Of a stretch of DNA of 64,000 nucleotides, positions 12,501 to 24,397 are shown one piece after another. Origin of the DNA: Octopus sinensis (taxonomy: Eukaryota); assembly GCF_006345805.1 (NCBI RefSeq), contig NC_043000.1, forward strand, positions 54,808,001 through 54,872,000, given 5' to 3'. Both the position numbers and the translations under genes were made by a program. The first letter of the stretch is position 1; every line of letters begins with the position of its first letter. The notes below the pieces were generated by a model, which was not told the DNA's origin, made no database searches, and saw only the letters and a list, made by a program, of their open reading frames with translations.

Positions 12501-12817
12501 TATATATATATATATATACATAAGGTATACTATAGAACAATCATTAAGTTGTCATATTAGAATTCAGAGTATCAAATACCGGAGCTAAGAGCATCGGCTC
12601 TTTTGACGATATACGCTATGAAAAAAACTGTTGAATAAAAAGGAAGTTACTCAAATAGGCACGAAAAACATATAAAAGATATAAAATATTTAAAAAAATA
12701 AAATTATAAAAATTACACAATTACGCGCAACTACATTCTCACAATAGATAGAAAACCTTCTGCTTTCGTAAAATCTACATGCGTACACATTCACACAGAC
12801 ATATATGCGTGTGTGTA

Positions 12818-12857
<40 letters not shown>

Positions 12858-13450
12858 GGGAGTATAACGCATAAATTCCTTAAATATTCATTAGGTATGT
12901 TTGGGTATTTATGAAATATAATATTTTTCACCACCTTCCAAATATTATCTTCTAAGACCTGTAAATCTCTATTATATGGTGGTTCGTTCTTAGATTAAAA
13001 TTTAGAATTAATATCATTAGTATTCTTTATATCGTTAAAATTAGATTTATTAGTTATATATATATATATATATGCCCATACACGCATGTACATGCTCATA
13101 TACACACACGCATATACATGTATATGGATATGCATATATATGTATAAATAAATACACACACGTATATTTGTTTACGCAACTTTATCCTCACATAGATGTA
13201 TACCTACATTTATATTAGATATTTATACACATAAATATACTCATACACAAACGTAAACATATTCATTTATGCACACTCGTACGGGCATAAAGACACAAAC
13301 GCCAGATATATGAATATTTATATATGTACATACACACACACACACGCATATACATATACACGCATATGCGTGTATATGTATAAATATACACACACACGCG
13401 CGTATATATGTATATGCATCTTCATCCTCACTTAGATATATGCCAATACG

Positions 13451-13455
<5 letters not shown>

Positions 13456-13499
<44 letters not shown>

Positions 13500-13794
13500 A
13501 TATATATATATTATATTATATATATATATATACACATATACACATATATTTCCTCCGTCTGACTGCTTTTCTCTCTACAAAACGGAAAGTTACATTGCGG
13601 AATAATCATTTTAACAAGTTGTATGTATTTATCACCCAACGAGATACATCTGCACCACCGGATGCTCCTGAACGAGTTGTTGAGTGTATAACCATAAGAG
13701 ATATACGATGCTGTCGAAACAATTGTGATTAATAATAAATTCTCGTATATTCCATCTTCCCACTTTCATTTGCCATATATATACATATATATAT

Positions 13795-13827
<33 letters not shown>

Positions 13828-13848
13828 CATAGATATATAGATAGATGG

Positions 13849-13930
<82 letters not shown>
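13456..13930. repeat. (TA)n and (GA)n microsatellites
   Basis: Directly visible blocks at about 13456-13535 and 13780-13930. Confidence 0.9.
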
Positions 13931-13931
<1 letters not shown>

Positions 13932-14133
13932 TATGTATGTATACTTCACCAAAATACACAAAGTACAGAGAGAAACCTCAGTCGATTACTATACAATTCA
14001 TGGTTTCTTGTGAAACAAGAATTTGTTTAAAATGCATTTCATTATAGAAAACTTGTGTAGTTTCATCAAGAATATTTCCGTGCTCCTCACATGAAAACAT
14101 CTAAAATTATATATTTGGGAAACAAGGTATGTA

Positions 14134-14865
14134 CAAGGTGGTATCAAAAATTTCCTGTATTTATTCTGTAGCGCGCCAACAGATGGCAGTACACGTTGTG
14201 TGCGCAGAAAGTTCTGGCAGTTTACTTCATGAGACAGTGTGCCGAGTGACATCGCTATGTTTACTTCGCAAGTTGTATAATTTGTGTTTTTCTGATCAGG
14301 TGTAAGTTGTAGCCAGCAAATTTGACATGGACAGCAAGTTGGGAAAAAGGGCCAGTGTGGAATCTTGAGATAAACTTAGGAAATCTCCGACAAATGCAAT
14401 GGGTATGCTTCAGCAAACTTACGACGATGCGACAACGTATCGTACACAATTTTTCGAGTGGCCCACGTGTTTTAAAAGTGGAACAACATCCCTAGACGAC
14501 CTTCCACAAGCGTCACCCCCGGAAATGTGAAGGAAATGCATTAGTTTGAACCGAGGATCGCCAGAGGACAGTCAATGACATCGCTGATGCTGGTTTGTCG
14601 TATGGGTTTGTGTACGCAATTCTAACATCTGAATTTAATATGCAGCGTGTCTCTGCCAAGTTTGTCCCCCCCACCTGTTAACCACTGAGCAGAAAGAACA
14701 TCGCGTCGAAGTCTCTCAATATTTCCTTCAGCGTGCCGCTGTTGACTCATCCTTCATGTCGAGTATCATCACAGATGACGAGATTTTGGTCTACGGGTAC
14801 GACCCTGAGATGAAACTGCAGTCGTTACAATGGAAGGGCCTATCATCACCGCAACCGAAGAAGGC
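14134..14865 (+). mobile_element. mariner transposon, 5' half (mauritiana-like), decayed and truncated
   Basis: TA then CAAGGTGGTATCAAAAA left end. ATG at 14327 (MDSKL...); MQRVSAKFVP, EQKEHRVEV, MSSIITDDEILVYGYDPEMKLQSLQWK. Breaks off into (CA)n. Confidence 0.85.
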
Positions 14866-15169
14866 ATCGCACACACACACACACTGTCTCTCTCAGACAC
14901 ACACTCACACACACACGCTCATATACACGCTCACACTCACACAAATGTATAATTTTCAAGAGCATCATCTCTCACACTTGACAATGATGGGCGCTTTTTC
15001 TTCAAAGCTTTGTGAAATGCTTTTGATTGCCTCCAATATTATTAAAACTTTTGATTTTGGTTTAACATTTCATAATAGACGAGTCCTATCGTATCCCAGC
15101 AGCTACTGAGCAAAACTAATGGTGGGTGCAATCCTGATGTGGAGAAAGATAATATTTTCCGTTAGGTGC

Positions 15170-15600
15170 TAACATTGTCGTTTTCTTTGGTTACGAATAT
15201 AGAGAACGTACTTTAAAGTCACTTGTGATGGTTCTAGGCAGAAGAGATTCAGCAACTCTTTGGTTAAGCTTAAACTCTGCCAGGTGATGTGGGACTTACT
15301 GGCCAAGTTTTGACACTTTTGTTCGTTCATGAAGGTGTTTTAATACCCAAAAGTGATAAGAACTGAATTTCTTTCGATTTTTTTCAACTACCATTTTCCG
15401 GATCTCAAGTTTCAAAGAATCTCGTTATCCTGACCGTGGGAAATCTGCGGAAGAAAAGTTTCACGAACAGAACTGGCCTAGCCATTGCTAAATCTTCATT
15501 GCAAATATTTCTAGCCACTCCCATTGCTGTAGAACTCTTTTTGAATTCGTACAGTATGCAATGTATGATAAAGATCACATTCAGATTCATGAGAACATTT
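15170..15600 (-). mobile_element. mariner transposase fragment (cecropia-like), heavily decayed
   Basis: IHCILYEFKKSSTAMGVARNIC, then VSKLGQ*VPHHL (WVPH motif) and RTITSDFK. Confidence 0.7.
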
Positions 15601-15756
15601 CAAGACTGCATATACGGTGAAGTGTGGCCTTAACAGTCACGAAGTCTACATACAATAAACACATATAAAATGTCCATAAACTTACCTCAGAACGTACATA
15701 AGTTCGTGAATATATATATATACAGATACACATACTCAGACGTATATAGTTATATA

Positions 15757-16282
15757 CAGGGTGCTCTATATTAACTGTCCCTCTCTCAAAGGAATTGAAA
15801 TAAGAACTGCCAGGTTTGTTACTTAATTATGATACCACAACAAATAGATTTATAACTCCTTGCTTAGAACTTTATTGAAAATATTCAACTTATGGTATGT
15901 CTATATACCTGCAAATTTCAGATCTATGTTAGCATTGCGTAACACATTTTGAAGCATTTCAGGGGTTATCTTCTGAACTGCTAACTGAATGCGTTGTTTA
16001 GGTTCAGCTAAATTAGTGCTCCATCCTGGGGATGGAGGTAGAGACAAGAATTACTAGCAAATTGGGAAACAATATATTGTTGTGTACAGATACACGAAAT
16101 CCAGCGGAAATGAAGATAAAATTATGAAAAAAATTATGAAAATAATTATAAAGTTATACACAAAATTAAAACTTTGTATACTAGTAACAGTCATTAAACA
16201 CGATAAACATATATAAAAGTAATTTTTTTTAAATACAAGAGTTGTTTGTTTTCACTGAAATAGTTAGTTTTGGGACACCCTA
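15757..16282. mobile_element. non-autonomous Tc1/mariner-type MITE
   Basis: TA|CAGGGTGCTCTATATTAACT at left; AGTTAGTTTTGGGACACCCTA|TA at right. Degenerate TIRs, no coding capacity. Confidence 0.5.
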
Positions 16283-16809
16283 TATAAAGTCATGTATGTA
16301 TTTGCATGAATATATATGTGTTTGATGCTATTTCATAAACACTATTCCCATCGCAACTTTCGCTAATCATCATTCCTTCTGAGAACAAATAAATCAGAAT
16401 CTGTACACATTTATTGTTTTCCCTTCTTCATAATTCAAATCACATTTCCACAGAATACGTTACTTTTTATAAATTTAAAAACATTTATTTTTCGAAAATT
16501 CAAACCGCAGAATATCCCATGTCAGTTGAGGACATTTTCAGCAATAGCATTTGAATACAAGCATGCATGTAACTACAAACAGTGATTATAAGCACAGAAA
16601 CAAATGCATGTTAACTTATTTTCTTTATAACACAAATATTGCGAGCTTATCCGAAGCATAGGGCATAAATAATGGGAATATACAAAACATATGAGATAAA
16701 ATGTGAAGACGAAATCAACTACATAAGAGGTTGTAGTTATATGCTGTTGATAATGCTTGATGAAATTTAATGTATGTACGTGACTACATACATAATCATA
16801 TATGTGCAT

Positions 16810-16837
16810 ATATGTGTGTGTGTGTTTGTGTGTGTGC

Positions 16838-16874
<37 letters not shown>

Positions 16875-16913
16875 CTTATATACAATCTGGAAACAAACAC
16901 ACTCACACGGACA

Positions 16914-16965
<52 letters not shown>

Positions 16966-16974
16966 CATACATGC

Positions 16975-17019
<45 letters not shown>

Positions 17020-17110
17020 GCATACATGCATAGACACTTGCGTGTTTATGCATGTATGTGCATATGTGTGTGTGCGAGTGTGCATGAATGTGTATACGGT
17101 GTATGCATGC
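16810..17110. repeat. compound (GT)n/(TA)n microsatellite region
   Basis: Directly visible. Confidence 0.9.
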
Positions 17111-17934
17111 ATTCGAAAATATAAATACATACATACATCATCACGTACTTTACGGATTGTATTTGTGAGATGTCACGTAATTGGACATGTACTCGCTCTC
17201 GGGATGATTGATTATGTTGCGATGGCTGTCGCAGTGAAAATACTTTAAGAGTTGAATTTTTGTTGCTGTTGACTTGTAGTGATTTATGATCATATGAAAT
17301 CAACTGGGAAATCGGCCAAAAAGGACCGAAAATCTACAAGGCAGCAAATTTTTTTTTCTTTTCTCTCTGTTTTTCTTCTTTTTCTTCTTTTCTTAGAACG
17401 TAAAGATCAGGAATTCTGTTGTGAAGCTGACATTAGCTTATTGGAGATTTGCTTCCTACGTTTTGAAAAATCCAATTGAAATACGTAAATATTACTTTCG
17501 TCATATAGATGCTTATCACATTCAATTGCATATGGTGACAGATATTGAAAAAATAACTCTTTATAAATAAGGGTTCATTAGACCTTCGTGTACGACAAGT
17601 TGTTGGATGTAGTTCCCAAATTGACAAGATCATGGCTCCCTTACTTTGAATACATATGGAATGTTTACTATTGTAGTTGTACCACTACTTACCCTTGTAT
17701 GAAATTTAAGATGTTTCGCAATGAAAATAGAGTGGAGATATAAGGGACATGGTTGAATTCCGGAACACATTTGTCTGTTGAAAGTAGTATTTCTCTATAA
17801 ATCTGTTCGATTAGACTGAGGTCTTAATTGTCAGCTTTACAAAGAGTGCATGAGTGTATGAACTCCTGGTGATGTTGTCTTGATGCTTACGTTTTCTTGG
17901 TTCGTAAATTACCTAGGAAACTGATAATGGTAGT

Positions 17935-18252
17935 AAAAAGGGTAAATGCCCCGTTTGGTCAGGAATGACCATGGGATTGTACCTAGAATGTTATCCGCTG
18001 AGACACAAGTCCAGGCAAGGTAGTTTATAGAAGATCAGCAACTGCCCATGCATACCAACCTCTCCTCACCAGGTCACTAATGTTATCCAACGCAAAGGCA
18101 AAGCCCGATATATCTTGGCATCAATGACGTCGCAACTTATTTCTTCAACTGAGTGAACTGGAGCAACTTGAAACAGAGTGTCTTGTTCAAGAACACAGAA
18201 GACAACTCGGTCCGGGAATCGAACTCATTACCTATTGATTGTGAGCCTGATG
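17935..18252 (-). mobile_element. tRNA-derived SINE (CORE-like) family C
   Basis: Reverse complement has GAGTTCGATTCCC (B box) then GTGTTCTTGAACAAGACACT; same head architecture as 33265-33480. Confidence 0.6.
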
Positions 18253-18446
18253 TTATACTAAACTTGAACTGATATTTTTCGTCTTCACAGAAACATTGAA
18301 GTGAAATAACAACAATTTCTGTTGTAATGGCATTGAAGTGAATTCTCTCGCTTTCTGTAGGGTTACACTATGGTTCAAAGCATTTAACTATTGCAATATA
18401 GTTGTGTACGACGGTCGGACTGTACATACATAAATACATACAAAAT

Positions 18447-18556
18447 ACGATGAAATTGCACATATTTACATTGTTTACATTTTACGGCTATTTGTCCTGA
18501 TTTTATTTGTTGTTAACACAACGTTTCGGCTGATATACCATCCAGCCTTCATCAGG
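18447..18556 (-). mobile_element. inverted partial copy (hammerhead plus tail) of the element at 18557-18940
   Basis: Reverse complement CTGATGAAGGCTGGATGGTATATCAGCCGAAACGTTGTGTTAACAACAAATAAAATCAGGACAAATAGCCGTAAAATGTAAACAATGTAAA matches 18802-18905. Confidence 0.85.
18515..18556 (-). ncRNA. minimal type I hammerhead ribozyme motif, intact catalytic core
   Basis: CUGAUGA-A-GGCUG(gaugguauau)CAGCC-GAAA-C-GU-U-GUGUU: full core, 5-bp stem II, palindromic AACGUU stem III, GUU triplet. The 5' strand of stem I is truncated at the junction. Confidence 0.7.
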
Positions 18557-18660
18557 CGGGCATATGGCGTTGTGGTTAACAGCGCGAGCTACTAACTCCA
18601 TGATTCCGAGTTCGATTCCAGGTAGTGACCAAAATAATAATAATAATAATAATAATAATG

Positions 18661-18732
<72 letters not shown>

Positions 18733-18940
18733 CAATAATAACAACAACATCGAAAACTATCTTAGGAACGAGAACCCAGGTTCGAAATAACCCCAAGACA
18801 TCTGATGAACACTGGAGGGTATATCAGCCGAAACATGGTGTATTAACAACAAACAAGATGAGAGAAATATCCGTCAAAAGTAAATAATGTAAATAATGTA
18901 AATAATGTACATAATTCTTCATCTCTTAAATATCGAACTG
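18557..18940 (+). mobile_element. tRNA-headed SINE-like element with internal (AAT)n, hammerhead motif and (TAAATAATG)n tail
   Basis: A box TGGCGTTGTGG 18566-18576; B box GAGTTCGATTCC 18608-18619; (AAT)n 18632-18749; CTGATGA 18802; GAAAC 18830; tail to 18940. Confidence 0.8.
18796..18845 (+). ncRNA. hammerhead ribozyme motif, mutated copy
   Basis: GACAT-CUGAUGA-ACACUG...CAGCC-GAAAC-AUGGUG. Stem I 5' strand is present, but stem II and the cleavage triplet are mutated relative to the inverted copy. Confidence 0.6.
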
Positions 18941-19022
18941 TAAAAGGCACATCATACATATATATACACGCATACATATATACACACGCATACATATATA
19001 CATATATGGAAACACAGATAAC

Positions 19023-19064
<42 letters not shown>

Positions 19065-19369
19065 TACTTCTAATATTATAGCAGTTAGATACAGCCGTAG
19101 CTTGGTCAGTCAGTGATTGGACTTCACAACCTCATATGTTCTTAAAATTTAAATCTACATTTTTATCTGTATATCGACCTTCTCTATAATGTTACTACTT
19201 GATTTGAAAGCCTTTGTATTAATGGAAAACCTATGTAATTCACTGATGAACACTCAGCATCTTAAATCTGCTGTAATACTTACAACTTTTAATAAAATGA
19301 TGTAGTGCGAAACAATTGTGCCAAATTACCGGAGTCATTCTTGTTGCTTATTTTGTGTGTATATATATA

Positions 19370-19497
<128 letters not shown>

Positions 19498-19825
19498 GCA
19501 GAAAAAAGAGAAAGGAGAAAATGAATGAGAGACAGAGTGAGAGCGATAGGGATGGTATGTATGTTTTAAAATAGATTTCAAGACCTAGAACGAATACTTG
19601 TTCGTCTTTTATTTCGGTGCAAAGATACTTTGCTATGTCACCACTCATTAATAACCAGCATCTAAATATTCACCGTTCAGTCAGCAGCTGAATAAAGACT
19701 CTAATGCGTCTACATATATACACATATATCTTATAATTAACAATGCATTCTAGAACTATTTATACCTTGTCCGTCTGGTTAGTTTAGTAGTTATTCTTGT
19801 CATTGCTTTATAATATTTCACTGAG

Positions 19826-19921
19826 GGTATATATATATATATATATATATATATCTATATATATATATATATATATATAAGTGTATGTATGTATGTATGC
19901 ATGTATGTATCTATGCATATG

Positions 19922-19982
<61 letters not shown>

Positions 19983-20021
19983 AGATGTATATATATATAT
20001 GCATATATATATATGTATATA

Positions 20022-20066
<45 letters not shown>

Positions 20067-20100
20067 ATATACATATATATAGATATAGATATAGATATAG
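19826..20100. repeat. compound (TA)n/(GT)n microsatellite
   Basis: Directly visible. Confidence 0.9.
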
Positions 20101-20103
20101 ACA

Positions 20104-20657
20104 TTGTGTTGTCCGGAAAGTTCATGCCGATTTATAGTAGCTTAAATTTCGATCTATTTTAGAACATGGCTTAGTCCATAAAATAGGATTTGACTACACC
20201 TTCATTTAGAGCAAGGTTTAAGCTATCTTTTCATGGAAAAAATTTTATGTTTCTATAACCTGTGTTAATTCTGCAATCCTTTAAACTGCAAGATAAGTTC
20301 ACTTTCAGCACGTGATTCTTTGGGAACCAGACAAAAGTAGCTGCTGCTCGGCTGGGATGTGTTTCCCCACACTCTATATTCACCAGATATTGCTCCTTCG
20401 GATTCCCACTTATTCAGGTCTCCGCAGAATAGTCTTAATGGCAAAAATTTCAATTCCTTGAATGTAAAAAGATACATTGAAGAATTCGTTGCCATGAAAC
20501 CACCTCAATTCTGGGAAGTGAGTATTTTCAAGTTAAAGGAAGGATGGAGATGCATTGTTCAACAAAATGGTTCATATTCGGTTGATTAAAAATGTAATGG
20601 CAAGTATATATTGACCTTTTTCTTTCCTTTAATAATCGACACGAATTTTCCGACAAC

Positions 20658-20660
<3 letters not shown>
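20104..20660 (+). mobile_element. internally deleted mariner (cecropia/Hsmar-like)
   Basis: TIRs TTGTGTTGTCCGGAAAGTTCATGCCGATT and reverse complement TGGGTTGTCGGAAAATTCGTGTCGATT. C-terminal FPHTLYSPDIAPSDSHLFRSPQNSLNGKNF...[11 protein letters not shown]. Confidence 0.85.
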
Positions 20661-20724
<64 letters not shown>

Positions 20725-20740
20725 CATATATATATATATT

Positions 20741-21165
20741 GGCGTAGGAGTGGGTGTGTGGTAAGTAGCTTGCTTACTAACCACATTGTTCCGGGTTCAG
20801 TCCCACTGCGTGGAACCTTGGGCAAGTGTCTTCTACTATAGCCTCGGGCCGACCAAAGCCTTGTGAGTGGATTTGGTAGACGGAAACAGGAAGAAGCCCG
20901 TCGTATATATGTATATATGTATAAATGTATACATATGTATATGTGTACATATGTTAGTATATCTGTGTTTGTCCCCCCAACATCACTTGACTACCGGTGC
21001 TGGTGTGTTTATGTCGCCGTAACTTAGCGGTTCGGCAAAAGAGACCGATAGAATAATACTAGGCTTACAAAGAATAAGTTCTGGGGTCGAGTTGTTCGAT
21101 TAAAGGCGGTGCTCCAGCATGGCCGCAGTCAAATGACTGAAACAAGTAAAAGAATAAAAGAACCA
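20741..21165 (+). mobile_element. bipartite tRNA-derived SINE family A, full length
   Basis: Head (GGGTGTGTGGTAAG; GGGTTCAGTCCC), CORE-like CCTTGGGCAAGT, (TA)-rich spacer, second half ending GGCGGTGCTCCAGCATGGCC...AAGTAAAAGAATAAAAG. Seven related pieces occur in the window. Confidence 0.85.
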
Positions 21166-21599
21166 AAAGAACATACATATATATACATACATAGAAACAT
21201 ACATACACTTTAAATATGTGCTGTGAAGTTTTAAACATATAAACTTACCAATACACGCATATTTATATAGTTAAATGCGTATTTTCAGGAGGTTTAAGTG
21301 ATATATTTAACCGCGTGAATATCATATGATCACAGACGTTTCGTAGTATTTCTTCGGGTCAGGTATGGCGGCACGCGTCATTACAATGCATTACTGCATC
21401 CATCATTTTGTGGTATTTTCTCGGAGAACCCTCCATACTCTTAGTAGTGCCCCAGGTAATCCCCATCTCAGCGTGATGTTACCTCTTCCGCTGTCACTAA
21501 CTGTCACCTGCCAGCCGAACATGAGTCGTGGCCCCATCTTTCTTCATGTAGTACGTATTTCATATTTATACATATATGCGTTTCTCTCTATGTGTTATG

Positions 21600-21965
21600 T
21601 AAGTTGAGTTAAGTTAAATTAATTTTTTGGCTCAAAAAGCAAAAAGCAAGGCCATGTAGGGGGACATGGAGTTATGTACAGGGAGGTGTTCATGCTAAGA
21701 GTTCAGGCCATTTCTGGTCAAGAGAGACTTCGTCCGGCAGCTTATTCCACGGATCCGCAACCTGGACGGAGAAAGCCCCTCTCCTTCGATTGAGATGAAA
21801 TCGTCGCAGATAGAGCTTAAGGGAAGACAGAGAACAAATGGAGAGAGAGAGAGAGAGAGATAGAGAGAAAGATAAAGAGAGACAGGGAACCAAACAAGCT
21901 GGCGAGGAGTTATATATAAAGCGTCGAGCTTCTGTTCAGGAATGCCTCTCAACCGGAATTTGCTA
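21600..21965 (-). mobile_element. CR1-type LINE 3' end with a (GA)n insertion
   Basis: LKLYLRRFHLNRRRGAFSVQVADPWNKLPDEV is a CR1 C-terminal motif (FS-x-RV-x3-WN-x-LP), followed by a 3' UTR and short tandem tail. Confidence 0.8.
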
Positions 21966-22952
21966 TTGTGCTCTAGTTACATTCGTTGTGATTATTCCAT
22001 AAGAGCTGAAGAGAGGAGCTGAATGTCTAAGTCTCCATTGGGTTCTTTAAAACATCCTTACCACTAAGAACTCGACTACATCATATTTGGGGGAATGTAA
22101 GACAACCTATTCCATGAAATTTACTACTGAGAATAAAGATATGTATGAAAGTTTAAATCTTCTTTTAGTATATTTTCAGTTCTGAGCACAGTGAAAACAT
22201 ACTTAGACTATCTATTATTTATGCATAATTGCGCACAAAGTTCACCAAAAGAAAAACAAAAGATAAAAGGCACATGCCTAGACACACACACGCGCGCATT
22301 TACATCGTCATTGTATCAAAGTTGCTAGGCGAAATGGATTTGTAAACAATATTCATTTAAAGTGAAATAGTTTTTATATTTTCGGTTTATCTCAGGTAGT
22401 TCATTTAGCAACACACAAATTGGGACACGGTCATATTTCCTTCCATTATCAGTCAATTTTGCTTCAGTGCTTTGAATAAATTTATGTCAGAGCCGTGGGA
22501 AATCATACACTTTTTCTGCTATAAAACATTTCGATATGTAGTGTGTAGCAAATTTATGTGTGTGTGTGTCTGTATCTGTATGCGAGCGTGTGCGTGTGTA
22601 TACGTATATATTGTTGTTTCGATGTGAGATTCACATGGGAACTAGGGCTGACATATAGGGGACAATACAGTAGACATTGACAGTGGGGATTTTACACAGA
22701 AACAACGAGTACACAAGTAAAACAATAACAATGATATCCAACAAAGGGACTATAACAATGAAAGTTCCCCAATATTGGTGGGTGTAACTAAGCTGGCTCA
22801 GGTACCCCACCAATCTTTAACTACTCGACGTTTCGAGGGCATCTGGGAAGGGCACCCTTCTCCTTCTCAAATTTACTAGCCTACAGGCTCAGTATTTGAG
22901 TAGGTCACTCGCACGGGCCATTTTCGCTACATCCACCTTTTAGCAAATGTAT

Positions 22953-23213
22953 TTGGAAGTTAAGCAATTGTGGTCCATGAAAAAGGTAGTAGTACCAACT
23001 CTCGGAGCCCTGGGTAAAAATCTTGAGAAGTACATGGAATAAATAGGGGCTGCAATAAGGGTGGAGCACTTGCAGTAAACAGCACTGCTTGAAACCGCTC
23101 GAATACTCCGGATAGTGCTCGAAAAACAAGGGATGTTACCTTAGTTCACTAGCATTGAACAACTAACACTGTACTGACATCTCCAGCGTTAGAAGCTGCT
23201 CAAAGACAATAAA
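22953..23213 (+). mobile_element. R4/Dong-type RLE retrotransposon 3' fragment (second family)
   Basis: Frame 22956-23144 reads EVKQLWSMKKVVVPTLGALGKNLEKYME*IGAAIRVEHLQ*TALLETARILRIVLE, homologous to the C terminus at 41890-42084. It ends directly in AAT repeats. Confidence 0.75.
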
Positions 23214-23231
23214 TGATAATGATAATAATAA

Positions 23232-23443
23232 TTGTTTCTACTGTAGGCACAAGGCGTGACATTTTGGGGAATGGGATAATCGATTACATTGACCCAGTAC
23301 GTAACTGCTACTTATTTAATCCACCCCGAAATGGTGAAAGACAAAGTCAACCTCGGCGGAATTTGAACTCAGAACATAGCGACGGGCGAAATACCGCTAT
23401 GCATTTCCTCCAGCCTTCTCACGATTCTGCCAGTTCGCCGCCT
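23232..23443 (-). mobile_element. SINE family B (Nin/Deu-like)
   Basis: Reverse complement GGCGGCGAACTGGCAGAATCG...GAGTTCAAATTCCGCCGAGGTTGACTTTGTCTTTC. Confidence 0.8.
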
Positions 23444-23445
23444 TG

Positions 23446-23568
23446 CTAATAATGATGATGATAATAATAATAATAATAATAATATAATAATAATAATATA
23501 ATAATAATAATAATAAAAAAAATAATGATAATGATAATGATAATATAATAATAATAATAATAATAATA

Positions 23569-23607
<39 letters not shown>

Positions 23608-23627
23608 TAACAATAATAATAATAATA
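23446..23627. repeat. (AAT)n microsatellite
   Basis: Directly visible. Confidence 0.95.
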
Positions 23628-24187
23628 GCCTGCCCCAATGCAGTACCAGACAGTGGCTCTCATGGCTTCTCAATTTAACTGATTGAAAGTGTTATCATGT
23701 ATATTGTTTTTGCCTTGGTATAAAAGTTGGGCAACAACAAATGTTATTCTCAATAGCACAGATGTGCTTGTCAGTTATTTGACCTTAACCACTTGACCAT
23801 GTCCCTTAGTGGCTGACGATATGTGCATCTCTGATCATGAGCAGAAGCAGTGGGGGAACGTCGTAGCCGTGTGTTGAAAGGAATTCTTGGAGGTTTGGAT
23901 AATTCACCTCTGGAAACATGGGTGTTTCGTTCAACATCCTTAAACAATCCTTATTCAGGGACCTTTTGAGCGCGATGGGCTACGCCACCAGAAGAAAATT
24001 CTAATTGGGCCCCACCTGCAAGGTCATGCGCTGTTTATCCTGATATGAGATCACCATGTCGTGCACATATGGTTGTGATGCATGTGACTGGTGTACACTT
24101 ATCAGACGGGTAGTCATGATGGGTATACTGGGCTTCGTATATTTTTAGCCTAGTGTCACTTTGATGGCATGCACTGCACTCTCACTC
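23628..24187. mobile_element. unclassified 560-bp insert bounded by (AAT)n on both sides
   Basis: Sharp boundaries to AAT arrays on both sides; more GC-rich than the flanks; no ORF or recognised motif. Confidence 0.4.
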
Positions 24188-24397
24188 AATAATAACAATA
24201 ATAATGATAATAATAATAATGATAATAATAATAATAATAGTAATAATAATAATAATAATAATTTATTACTATTATTATTATTACTATTATTATTATTACT
24301 ATTATCTTTATCATCAATATTATTAATTTTATTATTATTACTATTATCTTTATCATCAATATTATTAATTTTATTATCATTATTACTATTATTATTA

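Noticed and set aside
13085-13445. Degenerate duplication of about 240 bp
   Set aside because: Mostly low-complexity CA/TA sequence; a true duplication cannot be separated from convergent slippage.
17397-17484. Possible 88-nt exon after a long pyrimidine tract
   Set aside because: One frame is open, but the donor (GTAAAT) is weak and the peptide is unrecognisable.
19248-19290. CTGATGA motif
   Set aside because: No stem II or GAAA follows, so it is not a hammerhead.
21330-21362. Minus-strand CCGAAGA-AATACTAC-GAAAC-GTC
   Set aside because: U4 is replaced and neither stem I nor stem II pairs; at most a dead PLE remnant.
22822-22872. Minus-strand ...CCCTC-GAAAC-GTC hammerhead-like right half
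   Set aside because: No CUGANGA upstream.
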